The position numbers and the translations under genes are program-made. This document shows, piece after piece, positions 1 through 12,397 of a stretch of DNA of 64,000 nt. The DNA is from Octopus bimaculoides. Taxonomy: Eukaryota. The notes beneath the pieces are model-generated. The model ran no database searches. It was given only the letters and a program-made list of their open reading frames with translations, and was not told the origin of the DNA. The first letter of the stretch is position 1, and each line of letters starts with the position of its first letter. The stretch is from NCBI RefSeq assembly GCF_001194135.2, contig NC_068988.1:55201706-55265705 (forward strand), read 5' to 3'.

Positions 1-219
1 AAAGACACCATTTCGAGCGTGGCCGTTTTCGTGCGGGTGACACGTAAAAGCACCCACTACACTCTCTGAGTGGTTGGCGTTAGGAAGGGCATCCAGCTGT
101 AGAAACTCTGCCAAATCGGACTGGAGCCTGGTGTTGCCATCCGGTTTCACCAGTCCTCAGTCAAATCGTCCAACCCATGCTAGCATGGAAAGCGGACGTT
201 AAACGATGATGATGATGAT
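1..219 (+). mobile_element. 3' end of a young RTE-clade LINE with (GAT)n tail
   Basis: Differs by one substitution from 5890-6108, which lies downstream of RTE ORF2 coding sequence. Ends ...gcggacgttaaac(gat)n. Confidence 0.85.
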
Positions 220-869
220 AAATGAAAATAAAGTTTGTTTAGTAGCCGAAAGATTTCTGAATCTTTTGATAGCCCATATGTCAAAATTGGCAGCTAAGTT
301 TACGAATGCATAAGGAACATACACACACAAACAAACTCTCTCTCTCACACACACACACAAACTCCGCTTTATACATATAGATAACCCACACCCCTGCCTT
401 TTTCCCACTTTTTATAAATCTTTAACTAAATTCAGTCACCAGACTATGGCCATGCTGGTGCACCACTCTGAAGAGTTTTAGTCAATAAGATTGACTCCAG
501 TTCTTTTTTTTGTCTGAGACTTATTCTATCAATCTCATAAACCCAACTGCTAAGTTATGGGGATATAAACAATCCAACAGCAGTTGCTAAGTGTTGGTGA
601 GAGACAAACAACACATACACAGATATCTGTCTATCTACATACATACATACTTAAATATCCATGATAGGCTTCTTTCAGTTTCTGCCTATTGCGATTTTAC
701 GAGGTCATTTCATTGAATCTTGTACTGTCTGTTATTGACTGTTTAGTTCAATATTAAATGAGTGAAGACAAAAGAATGTTATCTCATTAGTTTTTATATT
801 AGATTTATATTTAGCTTGAACTTTCATACTACATAAACCATATTTTAATTTATCATTCTATCTATCTAT

Positions 870-1250
870 CTATCTATCTGTCTGTCTGTCTCTCCCTGTC
901 TCTCCTCTTCTTGTTCTCCCTGTTCTCCTTCTTCTTCTCCACCCTCTCCCCTTCTTCATTCCCCTCCGTCTTCCCTCCCTCTCCCCTCTTCATTCTTCTC
1001 TCTCTCTCCCCTCTTCATTCCTCTCTCTCTCCCCTCCATCTTTCCTTCCATCTCCATCTCCCTCTGTTCCCCCTCCTTTCTCTCCCTCTCCTTTCTCTCC
1101 CTCTCCCTTCTCTCCCTCTCCCTTCTCTCCCTCTCCCTTCTCTCCCCCTCCTTTCTCTCCCTCTCCTTTCTCTCCCCCTCCCTTCTCTCCCTCTCCTTTC
1201 TCTCCCTCTCCTTTCTCTTCCTCCCTTTTCTCTCCCCCCTCTCCCCCTCC
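870..1250. repeat. Polypyrimidine/polypurine tract with a 15-bp period (tctccctctcctttc-like)
   Basis: Almost pure C/T on +. The 15-nt period appears as LPSLP/EKGEG repeats in the ORF track. Confidence 0.9.
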
Positions 1251-2257
1251 ACTCACAAGCATATTAGCATAGCATGGTTTAAGTGAAGCATTGTGTGGTA
1301 TTTAAATTTAAACTCGTTTTTAAAGCCTGTACAATGCAAATTGAAACGAAGGAGTGGAAACAGATGTAAAGAATAGAGAACAATAGTTTACACTTTTATC
1401 TTGTATTTCAATATTTCAGGGTTAATACTCCTTTGTCAAGAGTAAATGATGATGTCAGGCCGGTATCTTTTGCTCACATATGTGTGAAGAGGTTGTGACA
1501 GGTGTACAGCTATTGTCATAATAACCAATCAACCTTGTGTAGCCCTCGTCTATTGTTAATTGATGGCTTTGGTTCATAAATGAGGACGGCTGCCTTGCTC
1601 CTCAGATTGCCAGTGTTATGCTCTGTTGCCTTGATGATAACTATAAAGTCAAGTCTTGGGTGTGGTATTTCTCCAGGTGTCTTTTGAATTATGTATTTGC
1701 ATGTGTTCCTTGAGGTAGATATATATTTATATATGTGTGTGTATGTGTTTGTTTTCTTTGTGCTAGCATAGGTGAGATAAGTATATTGTTGAGACATTGT
1801 TTCACAGCCACATACTTACCCTTCCAGTTGATAACACCTGTTTTTCAAGTGAGAGATCTCTTATTCCACACATCTTAGGAAGCACAAAGCCACCAGAGGA
1901 TTTGTTTACAAGGGAAATGTTAACATCCCTGCTTCTAGTTAAGTGATTTTTAGCGAAGTGCACACATAAAAAACACATGTGCATACAAACTTACATATAA
2001 TCATCATTTGACGTCTGTTTCTCATGCTGGCATGGATTGGATGGTTTGGTTGAAAACTGGTAAGCCTAGGAGCTGCACCAGGTTCCAATCTGATTTGGCA
2101 TGGTTTCTACAGCTGGATGCCCTTCCTAATGCCAACCACTCCAAGAGTGTAGTGGGTACCGTTTATGTTCCATTGATGTGACCCCGGCATCAGCCATGAC
2201 TACGATCTCGCTTGGTAAGTCTTCACAAGCATGATTTATTGCTAAAGTCTATATATA

Positions 2258-2651
2258 CAGGGTCCAAGGGATAAATTGCTGCCGTTTTATATTTTTAATT
2301 TCGCGCTTGTGCATTGTTTTTGATTCTGTTGACTACACAGTATCATAGGGTCAGTTGGGCATTGCCTGTGAGAAAATCAACCCAATGATGCAATTCACTT
2401 TCCCAGAGATTTGGAAATGACATGCTGTACTGCTTGGCATTCATGTCAGAAGCTCCAATATGAACATTTCAGAGTGTTTGGGTGTCAATCTGAGGACATG
2501 TACTGAGAGTGATAAAAATCAAACATCCAGTCAACATCATGGTGTTTGGAGTGTTCACTATTGATGGCGATGTTATGCCTCCATTCATCTTCCCACATGA
2601 CCTCAGACTCAACATGGAAGCCTACATCAGGTGCCTGGAGGAGGTAGTGCT
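2258..2651 (+). mobile_element. Internally deleted Tc1/mariner-superfamily transposon remnant
   Basis: Starts TA|CAGGGT. The N-terminal piece ISECLGVNLRT is fused directly to the catalytic-domain piece KHPVNIMVFGVFTIDGDVMPPFIFPHDLRLNMEAYIRCLEEVV. No right TIR seen. Confidence 0.7.
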
Positions 2652-3207
2652 TTTTGGAATCATTAAAAATAAGTACCCATCAAGTAGTGAGCTTGATATA
2701 ATTTGCTCTGCAGCCCCATTGCAAAAAATAAATTTCTGGCCTTGCGTTTTTGTAAGAGATATAAAAAAGAAAATTGTTTCTAATTTAAGTTCAAAGCTTG
2801 CAATTTTGAAGGGAAGGAGTTGGTTGATAGCATAAGCTTCAGTATTTGGTGACTGATACTTTATTTTATCCAATACTAGATGGGTGAAAGGTTAAGTTGA
2901 CCTCAATGGGATGTAAGATCAGTATGTAAAGAAGGAAACAAATACTGCAGGGCATTTTAGTTGATACTCTAACGTTTATATCAATCTTTCATCTTTATTA
3001 TAATAACAATGATAATGGCAGAATGATTAGCAGGATTGTTAGTAGGGAATTTGTTCTAGCCCTTTACAATTTCAGTTTAAATCTTGTTGAGGTTAGCTTC
3101 ATCTTTCATACCCTTGAGGTTGATAAGATAAAGTATCAGTCAAGTGGCGCAGTTGATATAATCGACTATCCTTTACCCCTCCAAATTTGTGGCCCAGTGC
3201 ATATTAT

Positions 3208-3995
3208 CAACAGCACTTTGCACAGCTGTTTGCAGAGGGTGATGGGTCGACAATGGTACTGGACTTTCATTTGTACCCGGACATTCTTGCCGCAACTCTT
3301 GGCAACTGATACGAGGTTATGTGAAAGGCTGATAACAGCTGTTGAAATTTGGTAGGCGATGAGCAATTGCACAAGTTGCAGATTGCCCAGTTCGGATGGT
3401 CTGACCTATGAATTCTATGTATTCATGCCAGATTTGTTTGGCGACTTCTTGGCAGACATCTACTGCAACTGGCAACAGAACAGGAGAATTCCTAGTGCTG
3501 TAGTAGAGGTGTGGTGACACTGCTGAGGAAGGACGCCGACAATGGGGATGTACTAGAGAATTTTCAGCCCATAACTCTGCTAAACACAGAATTTAAGATT
3601 TTGACCAAGGTGTTAGTGAAAGGGCTGACGTTTGTCATTGGTAGCTTGGTCAGAGAAGTGCAAATATGTGCAATCTCGAGCAGGTCTATCCATAACAACC
3701 TCCACCTTATGTGATACATTATAGAGAGTGCTGGGACCAAAGCTGGCTTCAGGGATGCTCTGCCACTTTTTCTGTACGTATTGGCACTTGAGCCACTGCT
3801 GCAGAAGCTGGAACAGCTAACAGGCATCCCTTTCAAACTGGGACAAGGAAAGGCAGTGTCGGCATATGTGGACGTCACCGTCATGGTGTCAGATGCCTCT
3901 GAAGTGAAGACAGTTGGCACCATCCTAAAGGAATATGAAAAGGTTGCAAGGGCTAAAATCAACACCAACAAATTGGTGGGTTTGTGGTTGGGATC
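3208..3995 (+). mobile_element. Degenerate Tx1/L1-clade LINE ORF2 (reverse transcriptase) fragment
   Basis: With stops/frameshifts: LCERLITAVEIW*AM..PSSDGLTYEFY, VTLLRKD..LENFQPITLLNTEFKILTKVL, RSIHNNLHLM, LALEPLLQKL, SAY(A)D(D)VTV, EYEKVARAKINTNK. Confidence 0.88.
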
Positions 3996-4490
3996 AATCC
4001 AGTACCGGACAAAGATTCGGGATTATTTTTCAGGTTTTTTTTTACTTAATTTTTGAGAGCGGTCGGGTTCATTTTTAGTATTCTTGTTTGTGAGAGCAGT
4101 CGAGTTTATTTCAGATATTCTCATTTTAGAAATCATCTCTGGCTAATTGTTGAGAGGATGTTGGTGTTGCCTTGGCAGAGGTTTGCATTCTCTGAGTACT
4201 CTTGTTGCTACTAAAATCCCTATCGTCCCCATTGTGACTTCAGTCCATACATGGACACAAATTACATTCATGCATCCATCACAGATAAATACAGCTTTTT
4301 TGTTTTTAATCCTTTCTTTCAAACACCCATACATTGAAATCAATGGGGGTGGCCATCATCATCATCATTTTTATTATTACTACTACTACTTCCCAGCTTA
4401 CCAGTTTTCAGTCAAACAGTTCAACCCATGCCAGTATGGAAAACGGACATTAAATGATGATGATGATTATTATTATTATTATTATTATTA

Positions 4491-5030
4491 CTGAATGAGA
4501 GAGTGGCACATGCCATCAAAGTGACACTGGGGTACAAATATACAATGTCCAATATACCCATCATGATTACCTGTCTGATAAGGGTACACCAGGCACATAG
4601 ATCACAACCATATGTGTGCGACATGGTGATCTTATATCAAGATAAACAGCACATGACCTTGCAGATGGGGCTCAGTTAGAATTTTCTTCAGGTCGTGTAG
4701 CCCATCCCACTCAAGGTCTCCGAATAAGGGTTGTTTAAGGATGTTGAATGAAACATCCATGTTTCCAGAGGTGAATTATTCAAACCCCAAAGAATTCTTC
4801 TCAACACATGGCTATGATGCTCCCTGACAACTCTGCTCATGATCAGAGATACACATATCATCAATTACCAAGGGACATGCTGAACTGGTTAAGGTCAAAC
4901 AACTGACAATCTAATCTGTGGTACTGAGCAGAATATTTGCTGTAGCCCATCTTTTATTCCAAGACAAAACAATGTACATGGTAACACTTCCAATCAATTA
5001 AGATCAAAAGCCATGTGAGCTACTACCTGG
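4491..5030 (-). mobile_element. Unclassified ~540-bp non-coding dispersed element ('family E'), flanked on both sides by (ATT)n
   Basis: Its reverse complement aligns over ~470 bp with 17491-17958. No convincing coding capacity. Confidence 0.8.
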
Positions 5031-5051
5031 TATTATTATTATTACTATTTA

Positions 5052-5458
5052 AGGTAATGAGCTGGCAGAATCAGCATCCTAAGATGCTGGATGGAATGTT
5101 TAGTAGTATTTCGCCTGTTGGTATGTTCTGAGTTCAAATTCCTCTGGGGTCAACTTTACCTTTCATCCTTTCGGGGTTGATAAATTAAGTGCTAGTGAAA
5201 CACTGAGGTCAATGTAATCGACTTAATCCTTTGCCCCATGCTGACCTGGTGGCAAAAATTTGAGACCATCATTATTATTATTTTCATCATTAATACTAAG
5301 ACAATGAGCTGGCAGAATCATGAGCATGTTGCACAAAATGCTTAGTGGCATTTATTCTGTTCTGAGTTCAAATACTGCTGCATCCTTTCAGGGTCACTAA
5401 AAGAAAATCAGCCCCCCCCCCCTGAAAAATTTCAGGCCTTGTGCTTATTGTAGAAAGA
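5052..5458 (+). mobile_element. Two head-to-tail copies of a tRNA-derived SINE ('family D'; about 20 copies in the window)
   Basis: Head aaggcg/atgagctggcagaatc (A-box-like), B-box-like GAGTTCAAAT, body cctttcatcctttcggggt.gataaa, (ATT)n tail. Other copies include 6115-6330, 17260-17460, 17985-18200, 24870-25400, 29940-30398, 36420-36630, 38674-38875, 40040-40245, 44080-44295, 47860-48040 (boundaries approximate). Confidence 0.8.
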
Positions 5459-5504
5459 ATTATTATTATTATCATCATTTTTACTATTAATATTATTATT
5501 ATTA

Positions 5505-6113
5505 ACATGGGCTGTAACTGCTGAGGACATACGTAAGCTCGCAAGGAATGAAGCCAGTATGCTCCGTTGGATGTGTAATGTCAGAGTGTAAGTATCTTGA
5601 GAGAAAAGCTGAACATTAGAAGCATCAGTTGTGGCGTGCAAGAGAGACGATTGCGCTGGTATGGACATGTGGTGAGAATGGAGGAGGATAGCTGCGTGAA
5701 AAAGTGCCACACCCTAACAGTTGAGGGAACCCGTGGAAGAGGTAGGCCCAGGAAGACCTGGGCTGAGGTGGTGAGGCAAGACCTTCGTACATNNNNNNNN
5801 NNNNNNNNNNNNNNNNNNNNNNNNNNNNNNNNNNNNNNNNNNNNNNNNNNNNNNNNNNNNNNNNNNNNNNNNNNNNNNNNNNNNNNNNNAAAGACACCAT
5901 TTCGAGCGTGGCCGTTTTCGTGCGGGTGACACGTAAAAGCACCCACTACACTCTCTGAGTGGTTGGCGTTAGGAAGGGCATCCAGCTGTAGAAACTCTGC
6001 CAAATCAGACTGGAGCCTGGTGTTGCCATCCGGTTTCACCAGTCCTCAGTCAAATCGTCCAACCCATGCTAGCATGGAAAGCGGACGTTAAACGATGATG
6101 ATGATGATGATGA
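5505..6113 (+). mobile_element. 5'-truncated RTE-clade LINE (ORF2 C-terminus + 3' UTR + (GAT)n), interrupted by a 97-N gap
   Basis: TWAVTAEDIRKLARNEASMLRWMCNV ... LREKLNIRSISCGVQERRLRWYGHVVRMEEDSCVKKC..EGTRGRGRPRKTW is the RTE C-terminal signature. Confidence 0.92.
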
Positions 6114-6331
6114 CTAAGGCAGTGAGCTAGCAGAATCATTAGTGCATTAGCCAAAATGGTTAGTGGCATTCCTTTCAGCTTCATGTTTTGAGTTCAAATA
6201 CTCTCATGGTTGACTTTGTCTTTCATTCTTTGGAGTCAATAAGATAAGTACAAGTTGAGCACCAGGGGTTAATGTAATTAATTTTCTTTCTCCCCTCAAA
6301 AATTTATTGCCTTGTGCCAAAATTTGAAGCA

Positions 6332-6344
6332 ATTATTATTATTA

Positions 6345-6396
<52 letters not shown>
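6332..6396. repeat. (ATT)n microsatellite
   Basis: Directly visible; follows a family D SINE. Confidence 0.95.
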
Positions 6397-7857
6397 GCAC
6401 TGACACATTCCTAATCTACATTCTAAACCATCATGTCTCTCAGTTCTTTTCTCTGCAATTAAATCTTGTTGGATGATAATAGGATTTTTCTCCACCTTAT
6501 CTACCAGAATGTGGAAGACTTTACAATTAAGAACTGTCAACTATGTCAACCAACTGATTATTGTTGTGTATTTCATTTATACTTTAGAAATATTTTACTG
6601 TTAGTTTTTCTCATATTAGTATAGGTTGTATGAATCTGCAAATTTGAATATTTGCATGACATGTTGAGGCAGCTTTTTGACATTTGAATGCTCTTTATTA
6701 TTATCATATACTGAACTGTGAATTTAACAGTTATGACGATACAGGTGACAATAAACTGCTTTGTTATAAGGACACGATGCACTACTGTAAGTGAAGTTTG
6801 ATCGCATAGGTTTTGAGTAATTCAACATTTTAATTGTTTATCTTTTTTTTTCTTTTACTTGTTTCAGTCATTGGATTATGGTCGTAGGTCAAATTCCCTG
6901 GGAGGGTTTACTCCATCACATTGCTCCTCCCATTTATTTGAAAGTTTGGTATTTATTTTAATGGTCTTGTTTTAAACATGCCAACACTGATTGTCAAGTG
7001 GTGAACAACACACACACAGTAGGCTTCTCTGCAGTTTCCATGTACCAAATTCACTCACAAGATATTGGCTAGCCCCAGGAATATAGCAGAAGTCACTTGT
7101 CAAAAAAAAACTAGGTTGTAAGACTAAACTTGAAGCTATGTGGTTGCAAAGCGAACTTGTTAACTACATATATTGGCCATGTCTGAGAATGTTAGCAAAC
7201 TATTTCTGAGTTGAATCCTAAGTCTCAACTTCAGTTGTTTTTTTATTTTTGTTCTGGTTTAAGCTATTCCACTCTACTTATACAGTCAAGTGTTCTTGGA
7301 AAAAGCATGATCAAGTAAAATTCCCAATTACCCTTCCAATAAAAATTTGTTTCCATACCTTATAAGAAATAATTAATAGTTGAGTATCTGTTCTCCTTTG
7401 CAAATGAAGATTACGTGGCCTTATGTACATGATTGATTCATGCATCACAAACCTGTATTATCTTACAGAGCCAAACATTTCAAGATCTGACTTTAAGTAA
7501 TGTCCATTAATCATTTTCATTGTGTTTTCAGTCATCAACTCACAGAACTTTCCCACCTGTTATCCATCATCAAACACCTCTCTTTACTACCTCTTTCTTG
7601 TAGACATTATCCTCTGCATTTCGTACCTAGTCTCTTCATTGTCTTCAGTCTTACTTTTCCGAGTTCACGTTCATCAGACCAAACCCACCATTTATGTTCT
7701 ATGTTTTGTATTTACTTTTACAATCCTATTTTACATGGAAAGTGGATGTTAAACGATGAAGTCAATGTGGGTAGGATGGTTTTACAAATTCTGATAGCTA
7801 CAACCATCATCCATTATTTGTTGTTGCTTGAAAATGATGATTATAATTGAAACTTGA

Positions 7858-8056
7858 CCCTTCAGAATTTAAACTAGCCAAATCCTGCCAAAATATTGTA
7901 TCTATTTTATGTCCAAACTGACCAGATCTGGTCCCTTACTCCTATCCTACAATGCCATTGTAAATTAAACAATCACATCATTAAAATCGCGAAGTTACAA
8001 GATAATGCATGATTAATTTAATACAATGAATAAATAGGCATTACGATGCTAAAGGG
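7858..8056. mobile_element. piggyBac-like MITE
   Basis: TTGA|CCCTTCAG ... GCTAAAGGG|TTAA ends. The interior matches 24640-24860 in reverse orientation. Confidence 0.7.
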
Positions 8057-9439
8057 TTAATCATTTCTCTTTATGGCCCTTTGGAGTATAGATATCTCGA
8101 GTTTCTTAAAGCTAGGGTACTTTGTACTTCACAGGTAGTTGGAACAGAGTAGCTGTAGTAACTTGTGTAGTTTACTGGTGAATGGTGACGTTGGAGTGTA
8201 GCTGATTGGTGGTTATTAGTGCTGTGGTGCAGACATGGTACTCTGAAGAATAGATCTGCAAGGATTGAAAGCAAGCTAGTGTTATGTAACATTGACCATT
8301 TATGTGTTGCTTTGGTAAATATTTTCAAAACTGAATATAGTTAACAGAATGTAGGAGTAAAATAGCTGTGTGTTTGTTCCTTTGCATATTTTTTTGTATA
8401 TGTGATTTCACACATGCACACACACACACACACACAGACACACACACAATGCTCATGTTTATTTTTATTTTAGCTTGTGTGCGTTTTATTAGTTGGCGCT
8501 AGCAAAACTAAAGATCTCATTAAAAGATACTAGAGGAATAACTGAAATATATTGGCTGTCACCCAAACCAATTCAGTATATGTGGCATTTAAAAACATTG
8601 GTAGGAAACAATTGGAATAATGGGAGGGGTGATCGTCTGCAGATAACATCATGAACCCATTATGTTTGGTTCCTCCCAGGAAACACTTTAATTTGCAGCA
8701 CTCTTGTAGAAATAACCACAGTAAATCTATTTTGTTAATTCTTTCAGGTGTTAACATCTTGAGGTTAATAATCTTTAGTGGTATTTGAGGTGGGTATGAG
8801 ATAAAAGCACTTCTGTTGCTGAGTTGTTAAGACCAGGCGTTCATTGTGGCACATTTAAACCCAAGGAAATGACACACACGCACAAGTTGAGTGGTTGAAG
8901 CCAGGAGTTTGTTAGTGCGTTTTCTTGTTTTGTTTTACTATTTTGCATCCATTTTTCTCATGTTTACATGTGTGGGCTGCTGCTGCTTATTGTTATTTTT
9001 ACAACAATTGTTTTCACAGATGAATTCCTTCTTATCTTACTACTAAACCACTTAGCTTTAAAGTAGGAGTTGATTTTCATTTTATCTCTTCAATGTTGAT
9101 GAATGAAGTACTGGTCAAGTATTGGACTTCATCACATCAACTACACTCCTCATTCATAATTTATGCCCTTGTGTTCAGGTGAGAACTCATCTGGAAGAAT
9201 TAGGAGACCATTGGACAAAATGCCTAGCTATAGTTATAGCTCCATGTGTCCTGAGTTCAAATTCTGCTGAGGTTGATTTTGATTTTCAATTTTTTTTTTT
9301 TTTTAATCAATAAAATAAATACTGGTCATGGATTGAGACTCATATAATTGAATTTGAACTCATGTCTGAAATTGTTATTTTAATATCATATATGTTGAAA
9401 TTTACATCTGGAGATATTGTGAAAATGAACTGATCAGTG

Positions 9440-10450
9440 TTCATCATTGTTGTCATTTTAACATACACTTTTCTATACTTGTATGGGTCAGATGGAATTC
9501 ATTGAGACAGATTATCCCCAGTCAGATACCTTTCCTGTCATCAGATTATCCCCAGTCGGATACCTTTCCTGTCATCAGATTATCCCCAGTCGGATACCTT
9601 TCCTGTCATCAGATTATCCCCAGTCAGATATCTTTCCTGTCATCAGATTATCCTCAGTCAGATACCTTTCCTGTCATCAGATTATCCCCAGTCAGATACC
9701 TTTCCTGTCATCAGATTATCCCCAGTCAGATACCTTTCCTGTCATCAGATTATCCCCAGTCGGATACCTTTCCTGTCATCAGATTATCCCCAGTCGGATA
9801 CCNNNNNNNNNNNNNNNNNNNNNNNNNNNNNNNNNNNNNNNNNNNNNNNNNNNNNNNNNNNNNNNNNNNNNNNNNNNNNNNNNNNNNNNNNNNNNNNNNN
9901 NNNNNNNNNNNNNNNNNNNNNNNNNACAGATTATCCCCAGTCAGATACCTTTCCTGTCATCAGATTATCCCCAGTCGGATACCTTTCCTGTCATCAGATT
10001 ATCCCCAGTCGGATATCTTTCCTGTCATCAGATTATCCCCAGTCGGATACCTTTCCTGTCATCAAATTATCCCCAGTCGGATACCTTTCCTGTCATCAGA
10101 TTATCCCCAGTCAGATATCTTTCCTGTCATCAAATTATCCCCAGTCGGATACCTTTCCTGTCATCAGATTATCCCCGGTCAGATACCTTTCTAAGTAATG
10201 TAATATTTTCCCATGGCTAGATGTGTTTTTTATGGAAGACTGGAAATGAAAGATGTTACTTGTGTGATGGTAATGCTTGATTAGAACCATCATGTGATAC
10301 ATATAATGGGCTTCTTTAAGTTTTTATCTACTATAACCATTCACAAGGCTTTTGTCAGCTTTAGGTTATAGTAGAAGACACTTGTCCAAAATGCCCCTCC
10401 ATGCGATTGAACCTGAAACTGCATGGTTGGGTAAACTTTTTAACCACACA
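9440..10450 (-). mobile_element. 'Family C' SINE (RTE-type tail) hosting the minisatellite
   Basis: The left flank gtatgggtcagatggaattcattgaga and right flank gtaatattttcccatggctaga...ttctttaagttt..cacaaggcttt..gtagaagacacttg match family C copies at 15130-15480, 31145-31545 and 37395-37765. Boundaries approximate. Confidence 0.75.
9508..10191. repeat. 34-bp minisatellite (cagattatccccagtc[a/g]gata[c/t]ctttcctgtcat), 8 full + 1 partial unit before and 7 full + 1 partial after a 123-N gap
   Basis: Units start every 34 nt from 9508 to 9780 and from 9927 to 10165. No spacers. Confidence 0.97.
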
Positions 10451-10826
10451 GGGTACCAGAAATATTTTGAAAATATCTTTTCAAAATAGCTAACAACACA
10501 AGATGATTGAACAGTTATTTGTTTAATGGATACAGAAAAATGAGTGACACTGAATGGGTGATATTTTTGGTAAAAACATTCCTTCATAGTAATGAATTTA
10601 AACCTATTGTATTCATTCATTTATTTATTCATTCATTTATTTATTCATTCATTCATTCATTCATTCATTCTCTCCTCTAAATGTGAGTAGCTATGTAGGT
10701 CCACTACAATAACCTGCTCTTCTCCACTCCTATCATAACCCTCATCTCCTAGCATTGAGTCTCTCCCCTCAGGTTTCATAGTCTTGCAGGCTTCATGGCA
10801 ACCTCACTAATGATGGTGGCGCGCGT

Positions 10827-10892
<66 letters not shown>

Positions 10893-12366
10893 TCAGTACA
10901 TACTGTTATGTAGTTGGTGTCATGAAAGTCATTCAGCCATAAAAACCGTGCCATAGCAAACGTTGGAGCATGATACAATCTTTCAACTCATTGGATTCTG
11001 TCAAACTGCCCAACTCATACCAGCTTTGAACATGGACATTAAGTGATGATGATGATGTTTTAACATTGTCTCAGATCTTAGCTAGTATTGCAACCAATTG
11101 ATACAGACAGTAATTTGTATAAACACATTATTAGCACAGCTGTAATTTGAATAAACACATTAATGCATTCAAAGCAGTGATTCTTAAACTGACAAATAAC
11201 AAGAATTAGGAAAGTTTTTTGCTTCTTTCTCCTTTTTATTAATGAAAATTCAATGAGTTTGAATCCATGTAATTTGCTTCTTTTTTTTATATTTTTCCAT
11301 GGGGTTGGTCAAGTTTATAAGTTTACCCCTCCCTCTCCTTTTGTAGTCATCATAGCCTTCCTCTCATATTACAGAATGCATTGAAGTCAATAATTTTTTC
11401 TGACTTGCTAACTTTCTGTCATTCATTTTCCAACTTTCTTCGATGAACTTATCCGTCTGTATATTGTGCTGCACTATCTCTCACTTCCTCGTTTCAATTA
11501 TATTAAATGTTGTGCTTACCTCTTGCCCCAACCTTGCGTACAACTCTATTTCCTGTGATTCAATGAACGAGTCTATGTACAGTTATTTCATCACAATCTG
11601 GTTAAGAACACCAAAACCTTATGCCCTCATCAACAAATTAAATCTGATGCATAACCTGATCAGCACACTAAACTCAATTCACCTACCACTCACTGCCACA
11701 TTAAACCATGCACAAAACATCTCATTTATCACATTAATCATGCAGAATGCTTCAACTGCCAAAGCAAGTGTTACACCTCATGGCTATACTACCTCCCTAA
11801 TGTCATACAAAATACCCAACTGTTGCATTGTATCCCTCTCAACATGCCCTAATTTCCACTCTAGACCCCAACACAACATGCTCTCACATCAGCACTAAAC
11901 CCCATACAACAACATGTCCTCACTGTCTACACTATTCCTTCTCTATACGTTGTTTCAATGATCCTTATGTACATGCCCTAATTTCTGTACTGAAGCTTCT
12001 CAAAAACACACCCTGATTTCCGCCCTGAACTTCCACCCAACAAGTCTTTCTACTACACTGCATTTGGAGCACATTTGATATGATGTGTATTGCTGTTATG
12101 TGTGTCATTATGGGGGTGGTATTGATATATGCGTACGTATGTGTTTCTCTTAATGGTGTGAACATGTTTCTCTGTGTGTATGTCTGTGTCTCTTGGTAGT
12201 ATGGATGTGTAGTTGTGTATGTGCTTGTGTGTGGGTGTATGTACTTGTGTGTATGTGTCTCTTGATGGTGTGGATGTGTGTCTTAGTGTAATATGTGTAT
12301 GTGTGTCTTGGTGTTGTGTGCGTGTCTTTCTCTTGGTGCGTGTCTGTACTTTTCTTTCTTTTTTTT

Positions 12367-12397
<31 letters not shown>

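Noticed and set aside
911-1267. Pro/Leu/Ser- and Glu/Arg/Gly-rich ORFs
   Set aside because: Translations of the CT-rich tract. The same applies to the HT/CV/YI/ER/LS-repeat ORFs and the X-filled ORFs at 63073-63970.
1419-1465. Possible exon after tatttcAG
   Set aside because: Weak donor, no recognisable peptide, and two of three frames closed within a few codons.
9483-10220. 245-aa and 230-aa ORFs, and a superficial CRISPR-like 34-bp repeat
   Set aside because: The ORFs are read-through of a stop-free tandem unit spanning an N gap. The repeats are directly adjacent with no spacers, and there are no cas genes.
11443-11898. 151-aa ORF in apparently unique sequence
   Set aside because: No recognisable domain or splice context. 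It may be the antisense of a decayed LINE, but I could not support that.
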